Shown here: positions 48,585 to 61,989 of the stretch, piece after piece
Position numbering within the stretch: position 1 is the first letter of the stretch
Layout: each line of letters begins with the position of its first letter
DNA from: Cirrosporium novae-zelandiae
Taxonomy: Eukaryota
Direction of reading: 5' to 3'
NCBI GenBank assembly: GCA_026023565.1
Contig: JAPETS010000032.1
Coordinates: forward strand, 186,001 to 250,000
Length of the DNA: 64,000 nt
Translations under genes and position numbers: made by a program
Notes under the pieces: model-generated
Databases searched by the model: none
What the model saw: the letters and a program-made list of their open reading frames with translations, nothing else
Told to the model about the DNA's origin: nothing

Positions 48585-51500
48585 TGGAAGATATGGACGG
48601 GATATGTGTTTTGTGGATGGGATTTTGGCGTATACGGTTGGCGTTGGGATAAAACATCCAAGGTTCTACCTGATACAAAAACATTTCCGGATTTACGTTA
48701 CCGGAAAAAGAAATTTACAGTGCAAGGAAATATATGATTGTCCGTACGTACGACACCAGCCAGCAATTGCAAAGGAATCCAAAGGCTTTTTATTAACAGA
48801 TATGGCCCTCAGGGACTAAACCAGGAATTATCAAACTCTGTTTACTAAGCCGACACTTACAATTGTAAGAAGCTCGAGGCTCCTTCTATAAAGGCTACTC
48901 TTAGGCCAGACGCCTAGGTTGATTTGGGTTTTCTTCGAATATGCAATATCGACAAAGAGAAGGGGGTAGTATCATAGCCAATGTTATATATATATATATA
49001 TATGCTAGCAGCGTTACCAATGACTTGCAACCGCAGTTGAAACACTACCCAGAGAATTCATTCAGTAGCTTAAGAATCACCTTGGAAATTTCCTTAGGAA
49101 GGTGGATTAAATAATGTATTCAGATACTTGAACTGATGTGGAGATGGCTTGTAGGGCTGGACATAAGCATCATTTAAAACGCACGGGCCACCACACCCCA
49201 AATTCATTCTTGTACTCTGATATCCTGTTCGACATTTATTAGAAGCTTCTTAGATTACCTCTTTATTGTCGAGCTGATAGCAAGGTATGTTCCCCTTCTC
49301 CTTGATGTTACTTTTGAGATTCCCTCTTTACAAAAGAAGACGAAAAGTTTTTAGGACGAAAAACATAGACCAGCAAGTTAGGAGAAAAATAGTTGACGTG
49401 TGCTTCACATATACTTGACACTACCGACGGATCGACGGCGGTAATGACTCGGCTTTGTCGATACCATCTTTGTGCCTTGCAGCTTACAAGGGTCTATAAT
49501 TACTTGGATACCGTCTTGAGACATTTACAGGGTTTTTTTACAGCACAGCATGCCTACTCGGTTGCTTGTCAAGACAATATGGCAATAGGGGACGGTGTAA
49601 GGGCAACATTGAACTGGATGAAATCTAATGAAGCAGAACCTTGGACCACACTATGGTAGTTGACGATAAAGCTCAAGCCCGCCAATCAGAGGGTATCCAT
49701 GGAAAAATCTACGAACGCCTTTGGAGATGAAAAGAGACGGTTAAAGCTTAATTGCAGAAAGAGAAGCACAAAGATATCACTACTATTATTATTATTATTA
49801 TGATTTGAACATATTGGTGGAATAGCATTGTATCTTAAGGGGAAGATCAATGGCTTGACAAACGAGATCATCACAACATCCCGGGAACCAATGTCTCGGT
49901 GGCTTACTTGCTGTTAATATTGTTCGTTCGTCGATTTGTGTGACCTAATGCAAAGATGATAACTCCAAGATGCATGCATGCATACCCCTCCGACCGAAGG
50001 TCCAGGACTTGATTATGGTAGAATAGCTGCGCCATCCTAGCTGACTTATGAAAAATGAAGGGGGCAAGCCACAGAAAAGGATAGGGGCAAATATGAAGCA
50101 AGAACAACAAATTCAAAAAGCCCACGACGATCCAAGGATTAAATACGCCTTTCAGCTCACACTTTCCATTTTCCTTAATCTAATTCTGCATTAAAAATGG
50201 AAGCAAGGAAGCTGGAAGAGCAGGTGGTGAAGATACCCATGTCTTTGCACAGTACGAGGGCTACAATGAATCGATCAATCACCAGGAGCCACAAGTCATG
50301 GATCCAGTCATCATCGGTCCTCTCCCTTTCAAACCTTTGTGCAGGATACCTCCATATCCATCATCCAAAGAAGCCACATGCATCACATACAAGGGAATTC
50401 CACACCATCATCATCAACAACAGTGATAACAACAAAAACAACAACAACAACATAGCCGTCATCATCACCATAGCTCCATCCTTTCTGCAGCTAACAGCCA
50501 ACAGCGAAACCACAGAAACGCATTCCCTAACTCGGTGTGAAAGTTCGAGAATGTCTCCCGTCCGAACCCGCCTACACCAACCACAACACCACAAGAATCC
50601 AAGACAACAGAAGTGGGCGAAAATCCCAAGGAGACTCATGCACAAACGCCAAAAGGGCGATCCCCATAAGAATATCTTCATAATCCTGCAAAACACACAC
50701 ACACATACACACACGTGCCACCACTTAGTAGATCACGCAATTCCCAAGGGATGCCGGCTTCCCCTACCTTTTTTTCGAAATGGAAACCAAGACACGCATG
50801 CATGCAGCGCATAGATACGCCGGTCGATCGGGCCTCCAGGGAGAATTCTCCATGCTCCAAGTGTTCTTTTTTTCCCTTCCTCCAGCGACCAAACGAACAA
50901 GTGAGTAAGTGAGTAAGTGAGTAAGTGAGTGAGTGATTAACAACAACTACGACCACGACCATAGCCATATTGCCTCCCCAAGAAGGCCCTAATGCCCTAA
51001 TGCCCAAAAAAAACGCCATCGCCAATCCACCACCCATCGTCCCAAAGTGAAGCGAAACAAAAAAATCAGAAACGAAACACCTCAATCTTTCTGCCCAACA
51101 TTACCCACAAAGCTTCTTTGCTTCCATCACCATCTCCAACATTACCATCACCATCACCATCACCACCAATCTACCCTACCCTACCCTACCTCCCCATCCC
51201 TACCTACCTTCCTATTCACCGCCCTAAACCCTCCAGCACCGGCTCCAGTTCCATCCCCACACCCTCGGGGACCCACCAAACTCCCCGGAAAGCGGAAAGA
51301 CGAAAAGACAGAAGAGAGAAGAAAGGAAAGAAAAGAGCACAGGGCATCACCGGGGCCCAACCCAACTCTACCCAACTGAAGCTAACCAAAAAAAAACCAA
51401 ACCGTCAGCCCCATCCAGTACGCAAGTGGGAAAGAGAAAGAGAGCGGCCCAAGATCCATCTTAGCTTCCTTGAAAATTGCCCCTGCATATATTCTACCGC

Positions 51501-53452
51501 ACCATCACCATCACCATCATCATCATGGTAGCAAGGCAAGGCAAGGCAGCGCATCGCACCGCACCGCTCGCCGAATTGTCCCAACCCAACCCGACCCAAC
51601 CCCATGCAATGCAATGCATGCATGCATTACTGCATACATGCTGCAAAGCTGCGGAGAAGGTAAAAAAAGGTAACTACAAACTTACCTTAGTCGAGGAAAG
51701 AGAAAGTCCCCACTTCCCTTTGTTTCCCAAACCCCTCCGGGGTGCCCATGCCCCCCCCATGTCAAAAACGAAAAACGCCACCACCACCACTCTACGTGGC
51801 CACTATCGCGGGAAATGAAACCGCATCCCCATTCACCTTCCTTTATCCTTATCCCCCTCTAGGGGGGAAGAACTCTTGTACATTTCTTATACTACACTAT
51901 ACTATACTATACTCCACACACTCTTTATACAATACAACCTACAAGTTTCCACCATTCATTCAATCATTCATCCATCAATTAATTCCTCCAATTCATTCGT
52001 AGTGAAAAAAACAAAAAAACAAAATAAAAAATAAAAAAACAAAGACAGAACGGACAGAATAGCGGTGTGTAGTGGAAGTAGGTAAGTACTTGTAATTACT
52101 GTACCTAAGCAGTTTAGCCCTAACTACTTCTAATTACCACTTACTACTTACTACCACCCTCGGCCCGAAAGGTCCGAGACGGGCGGCGGACATCGGAACA
52201 GTTCACCACTTTTGGACACAATCAAAAAAAAAATTTCTTTCCTGATTCTTCTAATTCTTTCGAAATAATGCAAAGATTCGGTGAGGGATTTTAATTAATT
52301 CATATTTTTTTCTTTTCCTCTGGAGAGGAGGAAAGAGAGAGAGAGAGAGGCACGCAAGCGGGCGGGCGCATTTATTCCATTGTGCCTGGTGGGCATCTTT
52401 GTTGTTGTTGTTTGTTGGTATTATTATTATTATTTTCATAAATTTTTTTTCTTGACGTGTATAAAAACAAAAAAAACTGAATATGTAAAGTTATATGCAA
52501 AATATCAAGCATCCGAAGAGAACGCTTCTTCTTGTTCTTTGACAAAGCAAAGGAAGTAGGTCGCTTGCTGAGCGGTAAAAAAAACATTTTAAAAACTGAT
52601 GGAATATCTTTTTCTCTTAATAATAAAAAAATGGTGAGACGCGCACGCAACGTAAAATATAACATGCACGCCCCTTATAGATAAGATAGATATATAGAGA
52701 ACTTTACCATTCTCCAGAGGCCAGAGTCAAGTTATACCTCACGGTCCCCCTAACTAGACAAGCCCCCAGGTTCCATAATTATCCGTAAACCAAAAGCCCC
52801 AGTCCAGTCCAGCCCAGTCCCTCACACCAGAAAGAAGACCCAAAATCCAGGGTGCAAGCCAGTAGAAAGCCAAAAAATTCCTGCCTGCCTCCCTGTCATG
52901 GGACCCTGACTCCTCTTTGTTTTGGCCCCCATATTATTCCTCCTGGACCCATAGCAACAATCATCAACGCAGGACTGAAAGACTGGGAATAAAAAAAAAA
53001 CCTAAATGGAAAACGTATTTATCGACCACAGCACACAAAGCGCGTGAACAACGACCAAGGTATCAATTGTATTAGATAATTAGAAAGACCAATAAGCTCA
53101 ATGGCACGCAAGCAGGGCCGGCCTATGCGTATGAGATGGATAAGAGGCATAAGTTATAGATGTAGGTATTGTTCGTATTCAATCTGCCAGCCAATAAGCA
53201 GATTGAGATGAGGATTTTGCATAAGGCCCACTCCGCGTGTTAAGCGCATAACAGCGACAGTGGAAAAATCGATGAGAGACATAATAGGTTTAGTCGTAAC
53301 GGTAATCAAAACCAGCAGGATGCCGCCCCCAGCCAACAAACACCGTGCCAAATTTCAGATAGAGTGGAGATCTGTCTACTGACAAAGACATAGAATTTAT
53401 ATCCCGTGAAAGTAGGTTGGGTATCGCAAGTTGTGTCCGATGGAAGGAGGAC

Positions 53453-56118
53453 TTAAGCAAAGGATTCTGTTGATAACAATGGATCTTCCTCGGTCTCATA
53501 GCCGATAAGCGCCTGCGAATGTAGCTTGAATGACTCGCCCATTAATTTTGTGATCCTGGATAAAGGTGGTTAGTTATTTCAACGGAAAATAGAACAGGGA
53601 ATTCAAGGAACATACCCCCAGACGACAACCTCGTCAAGCATACTACCCCACAGCCTCGCAACGGTTGAGCTGAGCTTCGAGCTATATACATCCATTGAAT
53701 CATCGTCGAACAAGTTGCGGACTTTGTTATACATCGCAACTTCCTCGTCCGTAGCTGGCTCTTCATCGTGTTCTAATCGGTAGAGCCAGAGACTGAGAAT
53801 GACCATGAGATCCAGTCCACAGAGAGGATGTTCAATACTCCAGTTTGTAGCAGATGTCCTTGCGACCCAATGTATTCCTTGCATGGCGGCAATCTCAATA
53901 CATTCAAAACATTGCTGGATGACCTTGATCATTTCTTGCGACCGTTTGACATAATCTCTAGATGCAGCCATGGCAGCTGCGACCTCGTAGGAACCATGAT
54001 ATCGAAGGGCTTCCTGGATATTCTTAAAGTCAACCTCCAGTCGCGCCCTGGTATTACGGTAGACAGCCATTGAATTGAATATCAACGGGTGGCCTTTCTG
54101 TGGAGTACTGAGCGGCACAACAACGGTTTCTGGTTCACACAGGTCAAGCGACTTCTCCCATGTCTCTAAAGCAAGGCGCAATTTGTATTCTGTGACGACA
54201 TCTTGTAGAGCTTCAAAACTTCTCTTGTGATACCAAACTTCCAAAAATAGGGCATTGATCATCACTCTTGTTGCATACGCACTGTATCGTACTGGAATAC
54301 CTTGGAACAGACTGTCATGAGCCTCCCGAACGGTTATTATGGTCGAAGCTGTCAGGCTTTCTCTCCAGGATTCTTCATCCGAGATTTCCAGATTCCAGAG
54401 AGATTCCGAAGACGGCAACTCTAGTGTATCAAACTCGCCGAAACTCATGGCCGGGGTATGGTTGAAAGTCAAGGTCAGCATGCCGAAGAATATATATACT
54501 GCATAGTGTGTTCTTCTGCAACCCTCATCTTCTACCCACTCTTCATGGCTTGGTTGCGCACCGCCTCGTCCGTCTGTTCGCAGTTTGAGTTCATATCGGT
54601 TACCAGCAACCATCTGAGAATCACATTAGCAGCACGTTCAGGTATTAGAAACTGGCGCCATCAACATACATTTGCAAGAAGACTCTTCACCGAGCAGGCC
54701 CATTCCAGACCCTTTGGATCGCCACTCCAACTCTCGAAGACCATGTTTAATAACGTGCTTTGCATTAACCAGAGGGGGCATTTTCGCGAGTCAAAGTTGT
54801 CTCTAGACACCAAAAATTGATTTACTATAATCTTCGAGGCGACATGCAATGTGAATGCCAAATCGTGCTCAAAGGTGTAAAGAGCACCGATCGAGAGGAC
54901 CGATAATAATAAAGCAGGGTGCGTCTGCCCCGGTTTGAATGATTCCGGATGGAGGAAGGGCATATGATGATGGTAGAGGTTAAAGTACGTCGACAAGTAC
55001 TTGTTTAAAGTGTTGCTGGAAGGGAGGTGGAAGGATTCGGGAATTTGACGTTCGATATCGGCTTTATTGAGATTATTCAGAATGGCGTTCCGTTCTTCGT
55101 CGCTCGATACTTGTGGAGCTTTTGGTAATGTCAAAGCTTGGCTCGGGCCCGGCGATCGTCGATAATTGACAGGAGAAACTGGTCCTGTCATTGATGGGTA
55201 CGGCGAAAGTGCATGGGGGGTATTTGTACCGGAGACGGGTAAGGCGTTATCAAATGGCAGGGTAGACGGCGCCAACGTATCACTGCCGGAGTCATGACGC
55301 TCCATGATGGCTGGCAGATTGGCATGATGGGGTTGGATTGTGCTAATACTATCGAAAGTCTGCTGCGACATCAGTGAGTCTTGCGAACCAGTAAGACTGG
55401 AAGCTATGGAATGAGCCTTGGGCTCAGGCATTGCCTGTGGTAGAAATGTATCCCATGGCATCTGTGGCACGCCAGGCAGGTACGTGACCGCAGGCTCAAT
55501 CAGCGCATCATGGTCTGGCGAAAAGGAAGGAGAACTTCCGTCGGGATCATGGTTGGACATTGCGGCAGTAGCCTTATGGTGGAGATCTGTCATCAGCATC
55601 GCTGCTGTTTCGAGATCAACCATGCCGTCACTACTTGCCTCGATCTGTTCCAAGGTGGCAGTATCGATAGTTATGGCTGGCTTCGACGGCCCAGGGGGTT
55701 TGGGTGACGCTTTCGCGCCACCTCTCCGTCTACCCTCACTGCTGAGGGGTATGCCTCCATCTTTTGCATGTACGGTTCGATCATGTCGGAGAAGTAAATC
55801 TCGTCGGACGAAAGTACTTCGACATTTTTGGCATTTGAAAGGTCTCTCTTTCGTATCTGTAGATTTTTTTAAAAAAAAAGAACGGATTAGCCACGGGACC
55901 CCGCCTTGATGAGGCTGCTGTGAGTGACAAACAGAGTCTGCCCCACCACAAGAAAACGAAAATCATCAGAACTTACGCGATCTTTCGTGCCGACTTCGAT
56001 GTTCACTTCTGCTAAAGGCTCGATTGCAGAATTGACATTTATATTTTCGCTCAGGAGCGGTGGCAGACTTGCGCGACGTCGTCGAAGTTGAATTCGACGC
56101 AGAAGCGGCAGTGGTCAT
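53453..56118 (-). CDS. C2H2 zinc-finger transcription factor with a fungal-specific TF domain, AmdA-like
   Basis: Two fingers: CQFCNRAFSRSEHRSRHERSH and CQKCRSTFVRRDLLLRHDRTVH. Fungal TF domain YF..YHHHMPFLH...LSIGALY...EGCRRT.YAVYIF. Exons 56118-55977, 55856-54670, 54613-53616, 53555-53453. The AmdA assignment is from memory, so no symbol is given. Confidence 0.9.
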
Positions 56119-56364
56119 TTCGACGGGTGAATGTGACGGATTGGTAGGAAGGATGAAGGGAGAAAATCGAAAAGAGGGGGAGAGAGAATATTATGAGGCC
56201 GAAAATGGCGAATTGGGTAGGGAAGATGAATTGTAGAATTTGGCCTGATATTGTTGATGTTGCTGTTGTTGTTGTTGATTGTTGTTTTCGTTCATTACTT
56301 TGCGATAGATTATCCTGAATCATCGACCTCGGGATGGGGGTAATTTTTTGGGGGTTGAAGAATT

Positions 56365-56409
56365 GTTCTGGTTCTGTTCTGGTTCTGTTCTGGTTCTGGT
56401 TCTGGTTCT
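56365..56409. repeat. GTTCT(G) tandem repeat upstream of the C2H2 TF start
   Basis: Read directly. Confidence 0.9.
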
Positions 56410-59400
56410 TCCCGCTTTTCGTTCACTCAGTTTTGGTTCTTTTGGGGGGGGGGGGGGAGGGGGTAGAGGGGGGTGAGGGAGGGGGTGGGTTGGTGGGTTG
56501 GTTCAAGTTAAGTGGGCGATTGGATGTCGCAAAAAAAAAAACCAAACTCACGTGAGAGAGAGAGAGAAAGAGATCCAAGGAGGAATTGAGTGTGTTGACG
56601 AGCTACTAGGTATTTCTAGATATCTCTAACAAATCTGTTTAAAGAAGATGGGGTTTTCCAGAATCCACCTCGAGTCTTCTTCTTGTTCAATAAAAAAATA
56701 AAATAAAATAAAAAAAAAGGATTTGTGAGGAATTATTGCGTTTTGGTTTGTGTTGGCTACTATGATGGGGTTATGTTGGATGTGAAATGTTCTTTTTTTT
56801 GGCGGGCGGAAGAAGAGGGGGCGGCAGGTGGGGGATTAGGAGGGACGTTAGGGAGGGGCTACCTCTTGATTGTTGATTGAGTGCCTTAGAAAAATTTGGG
56901 CCCTTTGTTGCTATTCCCCCCCCCTTTTTTTTTTCCTTCGAGAAGCTCAGAAGACCCAGAAGACCCAGACGACCCAGAAAGAACTCCAGAAAAGGCTACA
57001 GAAAGCTCCATTCTGTCTTTACTGGAATTAGTTAACCATCCCAACTAAATCATGGGGCCCTGCCTACTACTCACATTAACTACTAACTACCACAGTGTAT
57101 TCGAGTGTCTTCATTGCTGGCAAGTCTAAGCAAGTCTAACAAGCGGAAAGCCTAACTATCCTGGTGGTATCCTGGTGGTATCCTGGCACACCTCAACTTG
57201 ACCATACTATCTCTGGATACTTGTCCTTTCATCTTGATCCATCTTCTTGCGACCGGGTTCCCCTTAACGTCTTCCATCTCATCCATTGCCATCCACTGAT
57301 CCATCCAACAAAGCGGCGCCATCACACCGCCGGCTCTTGTTCTAGTTCCCCCCTACTAGCCCTCGACAAAGGTTTGTGGCTCATGGGTTACTTCCTTTGG
57401 TGTTTCTCAAACGGGTTCATGCAGCCAGCCTCACTTTCCAGCCTCCCCTCCTCGTCCATATCCCCCCCCCCCCCCCCAATCCTCAGAAGTGACATTTACC
57501 AGACATGTCTTTCAAAAAGTACCTGTAGCTTGTATACTTGAAGACTACGATGCCCTCTTCCGCATCTGCAACATGTTTTCTATCGTGTCGATCAGAATTT
57601 TTACTTCTATGGCGTCTCGATTTCTCACCTCTTAGGGCTACGATGATGGTGATGACGATGATATATTAAATGCATATCTGCCTGACGATTGTTGAAGAGG
57701 GAGGGGCATAGGGCAATTGGAGGGGAAAGAACGACGGTCAAGCTTGAATGGGGTATTTGGGGCATTTGGGTATTTTTGCCGGGACACCGCCACATGTATT
57801 CTTCTCAGGATATCTTGCCCGCTGCTCTTAACTCGTCCGATAGGTTAGTACCATGGTAGCTGACAGCACAACACCATGGTCCAATCCACCCCTATGAATA
57901 ACTTGTCGCATATTCATTGGACCTATTAATTCAACCCTCAATCTGAGGTCGAGCATATCTGGCATGGAACACCCGTACATCGGACCGACCCAGGTCTTTT
58001 TTTTACTATCCGTTCGCTGGTCCCATCAAACTTGAATATCTGTCAGGTACACACTCACCAGTCTTTAGGATGGTGCATCGAACACTGGAGATTGGAGAAG
58101 AATGCAAAGAGTTGGGCCGCAGAGTTTAGCCCTGTTGCGGCGAATATCTCGACTTGTTTGTTCCAGCTTCTGATTTTACTTCAGGAAGGAGGTCGTGGAT
58201 GCCGACAAAGTTGGAACTAGGTCTCAGGGTCATGTTCCCCGGGCCCGTTATATCTTAGTTGCTTCTTCATTGCATTTCTTCCGCAATCCCGGAAGCTTTT
58301 AGTCATCTAATCAAAACTAAATCCAAGAGAATGGGTTTGGATGAATAATTTCACACTTCAGAGTTGATGAATCACTACTCGAGTACTGGCTGTGACTGGC
58401 GAATTTGTGGCAGAACTTTACAAAATCCCAATACCAAAAACCAACTGTGGAAGTCAACTTGCTCGACATGCTATGGAAAAGAGTGTTTGTGTTGCCAGCA
58501 TTGCTCGTGTTGGTGGAAGGTTTCAGTCTTGCTTGTCCAACCCCACCAGGCTGGCTGGATGGATTGGATTTTGTTGCCAGTGTTGCTGCCAGTTGTCTCT
58601 GATATTTTTTTTCCCCCAAAACTTTTTCAACACAGAGCAAAGCCGATGGACGGGTCCCAAGTCTTTTTTTTTTTTTTTGTCAAACTCTGGGTCTTTCTTG
58701 TCTTTTTGGCATTGATTTCGACGCCGTTTGTAGAGGCTGGCTGGAGTTCCTTTAAGTGTGCCACGATCTACGGTAAATTACCCATCACTCTCTTGGCGAC
58801 GTGCTGCTGTTCCTTCTGTAGTAAATTATCAACTTGAGAAGAAACGAGAGGTTTTTGTTTCAATGTTTCTTCTGGTGACTTTGGAACTATAATGGAATAA
58901 AGGAACCATAAAGCAGATCCACTTGGTGATTAATTAGTTTAAGTAGTTTGATAAGTCCAGTCCATGTTTCGTTTGTGCAAAAAACTGCCGTTGAGTTGGA
59001 AAGGAGTTGTTTGGCTTCCCGGGACCCGGGATCTCAAAACGGCCAGTCCAAACTATTGGAGCCGGTTGGGGCCAATTAGAGTCATTCATTTACTTGCAGT
59101 GGCCGCCTTCCACGCGAAATGACCCCGCCAAAACTGCCCACAGCAATTTGATCCTGTGAGAAATGAGAAGAAGAAAAAATAAACAAAAAATGAAAAAAAA
59201 AATTAAATTTCTTGAAGTGGGGTTGATTTGAGATTTCAATTGCAATATAACAAGGTACTCCTATATGAAAGTGCTTGCAATGATAATAGACATGTCAATA
59301 AAGTGAATGATTTTTATTTTTTTTTTATTTTTTTTATTCTTCGAAAAAGTCGACCCGTCATGTATATTAATATACATCGTAAATGCAAAGAAATTATTGT

Positions 59401-59518
59401 CAGTTTAATCACAAATAATAGCAGCGCAATATTTGATTCCAGATAAGAGATAATATAGAGGAGCAGCAGGGTTCTGTTCCCATCACCGAAACTCCAATTG
59501 CGAAAACTTCCGATGTTA

Positions 59519-59556
59519 TGTGTGTGTGTGTGTGTGTGTGAGAGAGTGTGTGTGTG
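59519..59556. repeat. Interrupted (GT)n microsatellite
   Basis: Read directly. Confidence 0.9.
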
Positions 59557-60479
59557 GATCAATAATTTTTTTATCCTCATGACCGCAATGGTTTCGTATG
59601 CCCTTTTTTGTCATCTATGAGGGACAAAAACACCCCACATAGACTCGATATAGATAGAGGATGCGAAATGAGGGGCATTATGTATCACTGTATATATTTA
59701 ATAACTACTCTGTAAACGGTTTCCACTTACAAAATTTCCCGAGAAGGCGGTCAATCTCACAGACTCACAGTTCAAGCGGTATCTCCATCAGATATGATAA
59801 TTTTAGAACGATGAGTGAATTGATACAACCTCAAGCAGGGGGGAGGGGGGTATAGTGGGAGGGGATGGAGGGGTTTTGGAAATTGTGTCTCTGTGTCTCT
59901 GTGTCTCTGTGCTTCTGTGCTTCTGTGCTTCTTCTGCATGATCCCTTAATTATTTCAATTTCCCCCCCCCCCCCAATCTCCTGACCTGCATAATAAACTT
60001 GGCCACTATTTTGTCATTGTGATTACTGTGGCTGCCCTCCAACCTATTTGTCCTTTTTTCTTCCTTTCCTCTTTTTCCTTTTTGGCTGTTTACATGCATG
60101 ACTGTCGGCATGTATATATATTTGATTGGATTATCTATTGGCAACAAAGATAGGTACTATCCTTGACAAGCCATGTGGTTTTTTGGTCCATTGCCTGCGT
60201 CAAGAGACTACTGACTTGACTACTTACATAGTAGTTAATAGTAGTTACGTTAAGTCTGCAGCCAAAACTGCAACCAATATCCACCAACTGTTCAGGTGGG
60301 GCCAAAAAGCCTAAACAGACTCATTGTCCGCCTTTTGAACCTTTGGATGTTGTAAAGGTGATATCAGATCCTGATGAACCATGATTACCTACTGAAGTCG
60401 TAATACCTTGAAACTTTTTAGCGGTCAAGAATTCTCCCTCATTCTCTCAAACACATTGTTTTTCCCGACTTCAAACTAC

Positions 60480-61930
60480 AGTTTTGACCTTGTCGAGCTT
60501 AGTAACTATCCAGTTGGCAATCCATCGCCTTCCGCCCCAAGCTCAATTCTTCAGCTGGTGACGATGCAATATTCACCGATCAATCCACGGCTGAAGTGTC
60601 CTCCGCTATCGAGTCCTATCGAGTGCTATGACAGCAACTTGCTCATAGCCTTTTCATCCTCGAATTCCCAGTCCAACTAGAAGGTTCCGAATCCAACGTG
60701 CAGGTGCCAACTAATTCATGACCGGACTAGAAAGACATTATACAGTAATAAAATCAACTGACACCTCATGCCTCATGACGGGCTTCGGTTCTTCCTCTTG
60801 GGATAGAGGACTGTAGAAGATGCTGAAAAGGTTATCACGGCAGGAAGTTGTATGTACGACTTGATTTGTCCCAATTGAACTGACAGTCGTTCCTAATGAG
60901 CGACAACCTTATAAGCCTACTAAATCTCAATGACAAGGGTACAGACACCTCGTAAGGGAGACCTGGCAAGAAAAATATCTGTGTGATCGAGAGGGGCATC
61001 CCAGCTCATCTCGCAAGGGATTATGCTGTTTCTAATGAGATTTTCAAGACCTTTAACCTAGGATATATCCAAGTGGAGGATACAAGGAAAATGAAGGCTA
61101 GTATAATTGTCTTCATACTACACCTGAGCGCCCATGTCTCAAATTCCATATCTTTGCGGTGTATATCAATATATTCCAACCTAGAGTCTATCAGAGGAAA
61201 ATGCCCACCATATTGGCCAGCAACTACATTGAAACAGAAATACGATCTCTTCAATGTAATGGATTTTGTCATGATGCTGTTCCACACACATAATGCAGGC
61301 AGGTATTGGGATGAAATATAATAGACGGTAGGTGAATTTGATAATGTAACAGCTTGATGGAATCGTAGTAGAAGCCTACGTCTTGGTAGAAGAGATTTCG
61401 TCATTGTGGCTTTCACATCGATGTGATTGTGATTCCCGCAAAGTCAGACAAACATCCGGTATTCAGATTCGAAACCTTCACATCCAATCGTCACCAGGCT
61501 CCATATTCATCAATATGACATCTTACACGAATAAAAAGGCGACTTCAGCTTCACGGCAAGACTATAATGGCAATATTATATCACCTTTGGACTTGTTTTC
61601 TCCAATGAATATCATGTAATTTCCAAGTGATCCAAGGCCCCAGTTTCAATGACTAGCAATACAAATCACATTCACACAACGATAATTGAAGTAAGGAGAT
61701 GGACTATTCTGTCGAGTCAGATATTGAATATAGTCTTTGCTGGCCAATCAGTCTCTGAGAGAGAAAACATATTGCCAATCTGGAATTCAAACACTTTTCT
61801 AATCATGTGTATAACCCAAGGCAAAATCTCCCAATTCGTGAATCAGGACCCCATTAAGAAATTCAGGGTCCACAATAAACCCTCTCCGTCAGTCGAGCTC
61901 CAGTCCCATCTTGATGAAATAATCAAATAA
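60480..61930 (-). pseudogene. Possible heavily decayed gene
   Basis: Complex non-repetitive DNA. Minus-strand frames read as protein-like stretches broken by TGA/TAG, while the antisense (+) frames stay open (60983-61321, 61383-61619, 61649-61930), as expected opposite former coding DNA. Confidence 0.3.
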
Positions 61931-61989
61931 TGCAATACCTTCAGTGTAACAGTACAGACATCATTCTGTCCACTGATACTTAAGAGTCT

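Noticed and set aside
51702..51711. GAAAGTCCCC resembling RNase MRP CR-I
   Set aside because: No downstream CR-V partner (GGGGCTYA-like) and no closing helices.
50197..52002. Many 60-205 aa ORFs on both strands
   Set aside because: They are translations of microsatellites (poly-H, poly-N, CV runs) with no recognisable domain.
53300..53455. Possible premature stop or readthrough at the C2H2 TF C-terminus
   Set aside because: The stop is TAA followed by G, not a readthrough context, and the downstream peptide has no recognisable conservation.
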